This document shows positions 49,250 to 55,660 of a stretch of 55,660 nt of DNA, piece by piece. Position 1 is the stretch's first letter. Each line of letters starts with the position of its first letter. The translations under genes and the position numbers were made by a program. The notes under the pieces were generated by a model. The model searched no databases. It was not told the DNA's origin and worked only from the letters and a program-made list of their open reading frames with translations. Location: positions 1 to 55,660 of IMG/VR virus record IMGVR_UViG_3300028794_000001. One strand, given 5' to 3'. The DNA is from a virus.

Positions 49250-50356
49250 TTACTTGGTAGCGAGGGCGGCGTTGTACTTCGCGGTCGCAGCGGCGACCAG
49301 GTTGGTCGGCGAACCGGAACCCGGGGCGGGCGGCGTGGTGGAGTCCGAGCGCGGGTTGGAGGAGGCGACGCGGAGCGCGGCGAGCGCGGGGTTCACGCGA
49401 GCGTGCGCGGCCAGCTCCGCGTCAAAGCGAGCCTCGACGTAGGCGGCGGACTTGCCCTCTGGCATTTCGCCCGCGAGCTTCTCAATCACCGCGAGGCGCA
49501 CGGCGTTGTCGTCCTTCCCATCGAAGCTGGCCTCAGCCCCGACGATCTCCTTCGCCTTGGACTCGAGCGCGGCGCGCGCGGTCGCGGCGGCCAGCGCCTT
49601 CGCGGGCGCCTCCGCCAGCTGCGCGGTCAGGCTGGCGACCTGCTTCTCTGCGGCGTCGGCGCGCGCGCGCTGCGCGTCGCCCTTCGCCTGGGTCTGCTCG
49701 AACAGCACCGCGACCGCCTCGTCAACCTCGATCTCGGTTCCGCTGTCCAGCTTGATCTTGCGCTTCATGGGCTCGGGCTCCAGTGCATCAGGTGGTGAAA
49801 TGGCGGAATCGGACGCTAGCATCGCCGCGTCTTCGGTGTCCATCTTGACCCGGATCTCGGGTCCAGCTCGACCCACGTCGACGATGGCCGCATGATTCCC
49901 GCGGATGTTCCGCTGAATCGCGTCGTATTTCTCACCGTCGGGAGTGACCCCGGAAGTCATCTCGAGATCGCACACGTAGCCGAGGGAGATTTGGGTCTTG
50001 CCCTTTTCGACCGCGGCGATCACCTTTGCGTCGGTGAGCATGATCGACCCGCGCATCTTACTGTCTTCGCGCGCGGGCGCGCCCACGGTTCCGACCTGGA
50101 ATTGATGAGTGTTTCCGGGGGTCAGCAGCCCGACCGGCGGATGGTCATTCGTCACTGGCATCAGGTCGAAGGAAGCGACCGAGTCGGTGTTGAAGACTTC
50201 ATCAGGTGGGCGGTACTCGCGGGTGGTCGCGCCGTCGCGCGTGCGGCGGTAGGTGAACACGCCCGCTCGAGTGAGGTACGCGTCAACGCGCAAATAGCCG
50301 TTGTCCAGTCGGACTGGCTTGCGCAGTTCACCGCGATCAGAACGAAAAACACCCAT
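49250..50356 (-). CDS. Head scaffolding / maturation protein (DUF2213-like)
   Basis: DNGYLRVDAYLTRAGVFTYRRTRDGATTREYRPPDEVF...MPVTNDHP, then an Ala-rich coiled-coil C-terminal half. Confidence 0.75.
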   Translation of the reverse strand: MGVFRSDRGELRKPVRLDNGYLRVDAYLTRAGVFTYRRTRDGATTREYRPPDEVFNTDSVASFDLMPVTNDHPPVGLLTPGNTHQFQVGTVGAPAREDSKMRGSIMLTDAKVIAAVEKGKTQISLGYVCDLEMTSGVTPDGEKYDAIQRNIRGNHAAIVDVGRAGPEIRVKMDTEDAAMLASDSAISPPDALEPEPMKRKIKLDSGTEIEVDEAVAVLFEQTQAKGDAQRARADAAEKQVASLTAQLAEAPAKALAAATARAALESKAKEIVGAEASFDGKDDNAVRLAVIEKLAGEMPEGKSAAYVEARFDAELAAHARVNPALAALRVASSNPRSDSTTPPAPGSGSPTNLVAAATAKYNAALATK

Positions 50357-50400
50357 GAGGTCGAGTTGACCCCATGGGTGGCTGTTACGTCAAGGCGACC

Positions 50401-50610
50401 CTACCGACCGGCGTCCGGCTTCAGCGCAGCACACCCACGAAGGCAAGCATCAACCGCGACCGGATCCGTGTACCGACCGCACACTTCCCGGACGCATGTC
50501 TGGTACCGCTGCTCACGGTCGCTTCCGAAGGCGCACCACGCAAGCGTCATGTGGAGAGCCCCGAAGAACAAAGCGGCGCCCGAAGCTACAGCCAACGTGC
50601 CGCGGTTCAT
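50401..50610 (-). CDS. Small exported Cys-rich protein (69 aa)
   Basis: I moved the start to ATG 50610 (ATGA overlap). Product: MNRGTLAVASGAALFFGALHMTLAWC... with 6 Cys. Confidence 0.5.
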   Translation of the reverse strand: MNRGTLAVASGAALFFGALHMTLAWCAFGSDREQRYQTCVREVCGRYTDPVAVDACLRGCAALKPDAGR

Positions 50611-51200
50611 GGGAGCACCTCGCACGCGCCGATGTGCGGCGCACCGATCCTACAGCCGGGAAGGCACTTCGGTGTTTCGTAACTGAACGGGGCTCCTAGT
50701 GCGCACTCCTTGAACACGAAGTTCCCTTGTTCGTCGGGCGTGAACGGGGCGCCCGTCATGTGTAGCTCATGGAACTGACCGGGGGGTGAGTTCCCAGCTC
50801 CCCCCGGCGGGCTTTCGGCGAAAGAGGCGAGCGCGCGCTCGAGCGGGCTTCCCGGCGGGGCGATTGGAGGCGCCTCGATTCGAAGATCCGCCAGGATCAT
50901 GGTGACGTGATCGATCCTCACATTGAGCGCGCTGTCCTCGAGATCGCTCATGGCGATTGTGGTCGCCTCGATGCACTCGTCGATGGTGTCATTGCGCAAG
51001 TCGGCCAGCGTCCCCCCGTCTGGCGCGAAGCGGGTGTTGACCGTGAGCCACTGCGCGAATTGGCGCTGCGCGTCCCGTCCGCCGTCCAGCTCGAGCGCTG
51101 CGGCGAGGATCAGCAGCGCCTCGCTGCGAATCAGGATTGAGGGGGCGTCTTGCGCGACCAGTCGCAACAGCCGTTCACCGCGATTCTTGAGCTTGTTCAC
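50607..51200 (-). CDS. Hypothetical protein (197 aa)
   Basis: I moved the start to GTG 51200, which overlaps TGA 51197-51199. The longer track ORF would overlap the upstream gene by 37 nt. Confidence 0.55.
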   Translation of the reverse strand: MNKLKNRGERLLRLVAQDAPSILIRSEALLILAAALELDGGRDAQRQFAQWLTVNTRFAPDGGTLADLRNDTIDECIEATTIAMSDLEDSALNVRIDHVTMILADLRIEAPPIAPPGSPLERALASFAESPPGGAGNSPPGQFHELHMTGAPFTPDEQGNFVFKECALGAPFSYETPKCLPGCRIGAPHIGACEVLP

Positions 51201-51559
51201 TTGCCACCCGCCTTGGCGAGGATTGCGCGGCAATCGGTCTCAGCCGCTTCAGCGTACTTCTTAAATTGAGCCGCGGTAGGTCCTTTTGCATTATGTATGT
51301 TATTAAACACCCAGATAGCAGACTCGCACACCCGAAGTGCCTCTCCCAGCAGGTCCGCCTCCGCGCACTCAACGGCGCGCGGGCCGCAGTGCTTGTCGTA
51401 GGAATTCACGGCGGCGACGATTAGATCGCCGTCATTCCCGTCCATGAACGGACGATCGCAGAGCACGGTTGCGCCGTTCGAAGCCGTGAACGCTGGACTG
51501 GACTCCTCACCGTCTGCATTTCTGTCGTACTTCCAAGGCGGCGGCGTGTACTTGCTCAC
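51197..51559 (-). CDS. Hypothetical protein, PPWKY-type (Ea22-like class)
   Basis: GTG start (GTGA overlap). Product: MSKYTPPPWKYDRNADGEE...GDLIVAAVNSYDKH. Confidence 0.6.
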   Translation of the reverse strand: MSKYTPPPWKYDRNADGEESSPAFTASNGATVLCDRPFMDGNDGDLIVAAVNSYDKHCGPRAVECAEADLLGEALRVCESAIWVFNNIHNAKGPTAAQFKKYAEAAETDCRAILAKAGGK

Positions 51560-51795
51560 AGCGCCCTCCCGCCGTCGGTCTTTTGTGGCTCAGCGACCAA
51601 GCAGTCCGGGCCGGAGTTCCGCTGCAGCTTCGCGGTCCCCGCGTCGACCGGGCACACCGACTTGTAGACGATTTTGTACGGGCCGGTCTGCGGCGTTCCG
51701 TCGTCGCAGGGCTCCCCGGTAGCGGGGTCGACGGGGCAACCGCAAGCGGCGACGAGGACCAACGGAAGCAACAGGACGAATCGAAGGGTTCTCAT
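51556..51795 (-). CDS. Small lipoprotein (79 aa)
   Basis: MRTLRFVLLLPLVLVAAC: signal peptide plus lipobox. 5 further Cys. Confidence 0.65.
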   Translation of the reverse strand: MRTLRFVLLLPLVLVAACGCPVDPATGEPCDDGTPQTGPYKIVYKSVCPVDAGTAKLQRNSGPDCLVAEPQKTDGGRAL

Positions 51796-51863
51796 GAAGG
51801 CTCCTTACATTTCAATACTGAACGTTTGTTCAGGTGAGCGACTACTTCCGCCCACCTCGGCTA

Positions 51864-51885
51864 CCGGGCCGCCGAGGCGGCCCGG
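51864..51885. terminator. Perfect 9-bp GC hairpin 6 nt after the stop of 51892..52050
   Basis: CCGGGCCGC-CGAG-GCGGCCCGG. The T-rich tail (TTCGTTTT) is on the plus strand only. Confidence 0.35.
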
Positions 51886-51891
51886 TTCGTT

Positions 51892-52050
51892 TTAGAACCC
51901 CTGTGCCTTCAGCCAGTCGGAAAGGGAGGCGGTCTCACCCTTGGCTTTCGCCGCATACCAGGCCGACACCCGCGCCTGCTGGGCCCGCTCTTCGGTACCG
52001 CGGGGGGCCACGTTCTTCCCGGTGCGCTTCTTCTTCTCGGTCTCAGTCAT
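51892..52050 (-). CDS. Small basic protein (52 aa)
   Basis: ATG 52050, TAA 51892-51894. Product: MTETEKKKRTGKNVAPRGTEERAQQARVSAWYAAKAKGETASLSDWLKAQGF. Not in the ORF track. Confidence 0.5.
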   Translation of the reverse strand: MTETEKKKRTGKNVAPRGTEERAQQARVSAWYAAKAKGETASLSDWLKAQGF

Positions 52051-52063
52051 GCCCGTATCTATA

Positions 52064-52078
52064 GCAACCTCGGGGCCA
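52064..52078 (-). promoter_or_regulatory. Sigma54-type -24/-12 element TGGCCC-CGAGG-TTGC(T)
   Basis: The best match of the three to TGGCAC-N5-TTGCW. 13 nt separate the GC from ATG 52050. Confidence 0.55.
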
Positions 52079-52149
52079 AGTTGAGGCTTCGGCCAACCGC
52101 TCTGAAATCCTCAAGGTAACTTTAAAACCACACGCGGCCAGGGCAAAAT

Positions 52150-52171
52150 TGGATTGGACGCGCGCACTCCA
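52150..52171. promoter_or_regulatory. Class II upstream element, copy c (TGGAT TGGAC GCGCGCACTCCA)
   Basis: The identical 17-mer is at 52155-52171. It lies between the Mu-F-like gene stop (52188) and the sigma54-like element. Confidence 0.6.
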
Positions 52172-52187
52172 CATGTCCGAAGTTCGG

Positions 52188-53168
52188 TCAGTCTTCGCCG
52201 GCCGGCGGCCCCTCCGAAGCCGCGAACAGATCGTCTAGCACCGGGTCGGCGAAGCATCGGCACTGGTAGTCGTCGCCGGGGTGTCCGGTCTCACCGGTGC
52301 GCGAGCTGATCACCGGAGGGTCATCCCAACGCTGCAAGGTTCCATCCAGCTCCGCGTGATCATCACGTACGCGCGAGTCGTTCACGGTGCGCCAGATGTA
52401 CGAGTCGACGCCCAGCGCCTGCTGGCGCGAAGCGTTCAGCTCGCCGTAGAACTTCAGCGTTTGATCTCGGGCGATCAGCTTGGCGCGGGACTCGCTCACC
52501 TCGTACCGGTCCTCTATCTCCGCGACCATCTGCTCGTGGCGCTCGCCCGTGCGGATCCCGTTAATCACCCGCTGCTCGACTTGATCAAAAAACTGCTGAG
52601 GGATCGACTTGATCAGCGCCACGTTCTCGGCCGTGAAGTCCTTGATCCGCTGGGTCAGCCCCGGCTCGGCGATCACCGGGTCGATTCCGAGCTTCGCCTG
52701 GATCTGCTTCCCGAGCTGCTCGCGCTGGAAGGTGGACGTCCGTTCGGCGTACTTGCGCGCGAGCTTGGCAAGATCGCTCGGCGCCCATGCGCGATAGAAC
52801 TGTTCGCTGATCCGGTCGAGCATCTTGTTCACGCGCTTGCCCGGGTCCATTGCGTCGAGCCGGAAGCGCGCGGGGAAGCGAAGGATCGCTTCGTGGTACC
52901 CCATCAGCTCACCGTCGATTCGCACCGAGTCGCCGCGACGCTCCGCCGCGCGCTCGGTCAGCTCCGGCAGAAGGGGGATCAACCGCGCGTTGACCAGCAC
53001 CTTCGCACTGGCGATGACCTCGCGCAGCTCGGCGAAGTAGGCGAGCTGGATCGCGGTGGGCGTGAGCGGCCTGTATTGCCCGCGCGGCGGGCGCAGCCTG
53101 CGCCGCGCCGCTACTTGCTCAGCGAGGCTACGTACTCGACGCGCCATCGAAGGTCTCCAGGAACTCAT
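52188..53168 (-). CDS. Head morphogenesis protein (Mu F / SPP1 gp7-like)
   Basis: YIWRTVNDSRVRDDHAELDGTLQRWDDPP...GHPGDDYQCRCF. The alternative start ATG 53147 would shorten the overlap with the upstream gene. Confidence 0.85.
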   Translation of the reverse strand: MSSWRPSMARRVRSLAEQVAARRRLRPPRGQYRPLTPTAIQLAYFAELREVIASAKVLVNARLIPLLPELTERAAERRGDSVRIDGELMGYHEAILRFPARFRLDAMDPGKRVNKMLDRISEQFYRAWAPSDLAKLARKYAERTSTFQREQLGKQIQAKLGIDPVIAEPGLTQRIKDFTAENVALIKSIPQQFFDQVEQRVINGIRTGERHEQMVAEIEDRYEVSESRAKLIARDQTLKFYGELNASRQQALGVDSYIWRTVNDSRVRDDHAELDGTLQRWDDPPVISSRTGETGHPGDDYQCRCFADPVLDDLFAASEGPPAGED

Positions 53169-53412
53169 TCACGACGCAGGCGACGCATTCAGAATCGCAA
53201 TAGCGCAAGTCATGGTCATGCTCCAGTGACTCAGCCTTACGCCCGAGGTCAAACGCCCAGCCGCAAGCGACGGACGCGATGTGTTCTTGACGGTACTTCC
53301 GAGAACGATGGAGATTCAGCACATGCGTATCAGTGGCTCGTCTGTAATCCCCCCAAAGTCTGCAGGCTGTTCGGTACTCTTCGCGTAGGGCTTCGAAATC
53401 GTCCGACCCCAT
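53128..53412 (-). CDS. Hypothetical protein (94 aa)
   Basis: ATG 53412 overlaps the upstream TGA by 1 nt. Confidence 0.55.
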   Translation of the reverse strand: MGSDDFEALREEYRTACRLWGDYRRATDTHVLNLHRSRKYRQEHIASVACGWAFDLGRKAESLEHDHDLRYCDSECVACVVNEFLETFDGASST

Positions 53413-54008
53413 CAGAGCCCTCCGCCGTCTCCAGGAACCTCGAACGCCTTCAAGTTATGCTTCAACGCCTCGTTGCGCTCGCGCTCTGTCCGGAACTTTT
53501 CCACGTACTCGCGGCGCGAGGCTCGCACGATCTCGAGCGCGTCCTTCAACGACTCGCGCTCAGCCAGCGCTCGGTTGAACTGCAACGACGCCTGCTCGAG
53601 CAGCTCCCGCGCGCGGTCGCGCTCGTACAGAAGCGTCGCGTTCTTCTCGCGGATGTCCTCGCCCGCGCGCTCGGTCTCGAGCAAACGACGGCGCAAATCG
53701 GCGATCTCGTCGCAGCGCTTCGCGTACTCCGCCTGGTTGAACTCGGCGTTCTTCGCGAGGGAGAGCGCGCACCCGAGGGCGGTGCGCGCTTCGTCTCGCT
53801 CCTTCAGAAGCTGTTCAAGGACGGCGTGCGCTTCGTCCAGATTCGCTTGCAGCGCGCTGATGTAGTTATGAACAGGCGTCCCGGGTGCTGTTACGACTCC
53901 CTCGATGACCCCGGTAGGGGCCGGGGTACTCAGAACTTCGGCGATTTTAGTGGCCAACCGTTCCTTCATGGCGTCGCGTTCTTCTTCGTAGGTCATGGCC
54001 AAGTACAT
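53412..54008 (-). CDS. Coiled-coil protein (198 aa)
   Basis: E/R/L/A-rich heptad-like sequence. ATG 54008 abuts the class I motif. An alternative ATG lies at 53996. Confidence 0.6.
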   Translation of the reverse strand: MYLAMTYEEERDAMKERLATKIAEVLSTPAPTGVIEGVVTAPGTPVHNYISALQANLDEAHAVLEQLLKERDEARTALGCALSLAKNAEFNQAEYAKRCDEIADLRRRLLETERAGEDIREKNATLLYERDRARELLEQASLQFNRALAERESLKDALEIVRASRREYVEKFRTERERNEALKHNLKAFEVPGDGGGL

Positions 54009-54033
54009 TAAACAGTAAAACGGCCGGGGTCAA
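54008..54033 (-). promoter_or_regulatory. Class I motif: TTGACC-N10-TACTGT within TTTTACTGTTTAA
   Basis: Read on the minus strand in the 25-bp gap between the portal stop (54034) and ATG 54008. Confidence 0.5.
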
Positions 54034-55660
54034 CTACTTTCCGAAGCCCCCGGGCTTTTTCCCGAATCCGCCTCCTCCGGATGGAGGCTTACCTTTCGCG
54101 ACCGGCTTCCCGCCGAACCCTCCTGGCTTGCCCCCGCTCTTGGGCGGGAAGCCTCCGCCGCCCGGCGCGCCACCCGCCTTGGCTGCCTCCAGGTTCATCT
54201 GAGCGGCCTCGTCGTCCGCGGCCTTGCGCTCGGCCGCCATCGCCGAACGGTCGGAGGTCGCCAGCTTGATCTCCGCACTGAAGGTGTCACCGCCCCACAG
54301 GGACACCGCCCCCTCCTCAGGGGTGATCATCTGGTTGGTAATCGCGAGTGCCACCATCTCGACCACAGCCTTCCGACGCTGCGCTTCTTGCAACTCGTCG
54401 AGTTGCCACAGCGGCTTCCATTTGATCGACCATTTCTCGGGCAGCTTCAGGCCCATCGCTTGCGCCTTCAGCTCGCAGACCTTGCGCACGATCTTGGAGA
54501 GATCTCTGACCTGCCCGGCCTTCACGTCGTCGTAGAACCAGCGGATATTGGCGTCGCCCGTCGCGTTCAGCCCCGCGGGGGATTCGCCCATGAGCTTCGA
54601 CACAGGGATGCGCGCGGCTGCGGCGAGCCTCGTAGCGAAGCGGTCGAGCAAGTCCGGCAGGCCTGTAACCGTGGTGGTCTTGCGCTCGAAGTCTTCGCCG
54701 TCCGCGTCGAGCATCACGGAGTTCAGCACCGAGCGCGAGTAGTCCGCCGCGCGCACGCGGTTGCGGAAGCGCTGCGCGTCCTCGGGATCCTCGCTGGCGA
54801 CGAGGTCAGCCAGACCTTTCATCTTGAAGATCGTCTGGGAAAAGTCCTGCATCAGCACGCCGGTCGCGGCCCAGCTGGATTGGAAGTCCCGGACAATCTC
54901 CCAGCAACGGGTGAGCGTCGAATCCCCCCACCCATTGACCGACTCCCGCCGATGGCGCTTCGACACCACCACCCCGTCGAACCGGACGATCCGGGACTCG
55001 TGGACGATTTGCGTTCCGACCAATCGCCCGAGTCCATCCATATTGTCCGGGGTCAGGTAGTAGGTCTCGATCTCGCCGTACTTCGGCGCACCGGGATCGC
55101 CATACCAGGTGGCAGGGGAAAGCTCGCGCGGATGCAAGACGTTGATCCACTCGAATGCCCTCACGCGCTTCGGGTCCAGAGGCTTGCTCATGTCCCGCTG
55201 TCCGTCGTCGGCGCCGAGCAGCCACGCCCCTCCCCCATACGCGCGCGCGTAGGTGCGCGCCTCGTAGATCTTGGAGAGCAGCTCCATCTCGTCCAGTGCG
55301 TGCTCGATTTCCTCGAGCGGGTCGGGCCCCTCGGGCTGCGGCGCGCCGGGGGCGCCCGGGGGCTGGCCCTGCTTCACAAAGGGCGGGGGTTTGGCGGGCT
55401 GCAGCCCGCCCCCCGCGGCGGGGGTTTCCTCGCCCGGGCGCACAGGCTGCGCGTCGGGGTCCTTGGGGGGCGGGGCGCCCTCGCCCGGTTTCGCTTCCGG
55501 ATTGGGCGTCTCCCCGGGCTTCTCGGAGCCTGCGGCTTCCTTCCCCTTGATCTCCAGCGCTCCGCCCGGTCCCTTGTTCTCGGGGGCGTTCGGATCCGGT
55601 TGACGGGGCGCCCCGCTCATCATCGGATCTGGTTGAAGCCCGTTGGGCATTTCCGCGGGC
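54034..55660 (-). CDS. Portal protein, C-terminal part (continues from 128..825 across the circular junction)
   Basis: EARTYARAYGGGAWLLGADDGQ..., a DUF1073-like core and a G/K/P-rich C-terminal tail. The frame has no stop upstream of 55650 and joins the 1..825 frame. Confidence 0.9.
   Translation of the reverse strand, partial: PAEMPNGLQPDPMMSGAPRQPDPNAPENKGPGGALEIKGKEAAGSEKPGETPNPEAKPGEGAPPPKDPDAQPVRPGEETPAAGGGLQPAKPPPFVKQGQPPGAPGAPQPEGPDPLEEIEHALDEMELLSKIYEARTYARAYGGGAWLLGADDGQRDMSKPLDPKRVRAFEWINVLHPRELSPATWYGDPGAPKYGEIETYYLTPDNMDGLGRLVGTQIVHESRIVRFDGVVVSKRHRRESVNGWGDSTLTRCWEIVRDFQSSWAATGVLMQDFSQTIFKMKGLADLVASEDPEDAQRFRNRVRAADYSRSVLNSVMLDADGEDFERKTTTVTGLPDLLDRFATRLAAAARIPVSKLMGESPAGLNATGDANIRWFYDDVKAGQVRDLSKIVRKVCELKAQAMGLKLPEKWSIKWKPLWQLDELQEAQRRKAVVEMVALAITNQMITPEEGAVSLWGGDTFSAEIKLATSDRSAMAAERKAADDEAAQMNLEAAKAGGAPGGGGFPPKSGGKPGGFGGKPVAKGKPPSGGGGFGKKPGGFGK
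55534..55660. repeat. Terminal direct repeat, second copy of 1..127
   Basis: Exact identity to bases 1-127. Confidence 0.9.

Noticed and set aside
51864-51893. Annotating the hairpin as a standard rho-independent terminator of the leftward operon.
   Set aside because: The U-tract is on the wrong strand for the leftward genes. I recorded it only as a hairpin of uncertain role.
1-55660. Temperate lifestyle, mobile elements, diversity-generating retroelement, retron or CRISPR/anti-CRISPR loci.
   Set aside because: I found no tyrosine or serine recombinase motifs, transposase, partition genes, reverse-transcriptase (YxDD) motif or repeat-spacer array in any frame I read. Small HTH/RHH proteins alone do not establish lysogeny.

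Overview
The window is a complete, circularly permuted tailed-phage genome of about 55.5 kb. It is high in G+C (about two-thirds by eye, not computed) and encodes a contractile tail. Bases 1-127 are identical to 55534-55660, so the contig closes on itself and the portal gene is split across the window ends; the ORF track misses its N-terminal 275 codons.

Layout:
- 1-825 (-): portal N-terminus.
- 973-3316 (+): block of small genes.
- 7285-3313 (-): TerS, TerL and three virion-like genes.
- 7711-8136: AT-rich iteron region.
- 7422-26584 (+): early and replication block. It holds a prim-pol/VirE-type helicase, a Cas4-like nuclease fusion, an SNF2/DEAD-like helicase, a family A DNA polymerase, an MT-A70 methylase, a MazG fusion, an NDT-like protein, a RuvC-like resolvase, a dNMP kinase and several small DNA-binding proteins.
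- 28455-26574 (-): accessory operon (Zn-ribbon/wHTH metallophosphoesterase plus a lipoprotein HExxH protease).
- 55660-28519 (-): late block. In order it holds portal, Mu-F-like, scaffold, decoration, major capsid, neck, sheath, tube, chaperone, tape measure, baseplate, two tailspikes, fibre and lysis genes.

I recognised no integrase, rRNA, CRISPR array, reverse transcriptase or foldable tRNA.

The most interesting signals are non-coding:
1. Three two-part cassettes pair an identical 17-bp palindromic element with a sigma54-type GG-N10-GC promoter about 90-100 bp away. The phage also encodes a stand-alone NtrC/Fis-type HTH protein.
2. At least six copies of an intergenic TTTTACTGT(T/A)(T/A)A motif sit just upstream of operon starts, co-oriented with the downstream gene.
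3. An iteron cluster lies next to the replication genes.

Coding oddities:
- An in-frame disordered insertion of about 229 aa in the portal.
- DnaJ-type CxxCxGxG zinc-finger insertions in the DNA polymerase and the dNMP kinase.
- Sec-signal proteins embedded in the neck/tail operon.

All family names are recalled from motifs read by eye. None has been checked by a search.
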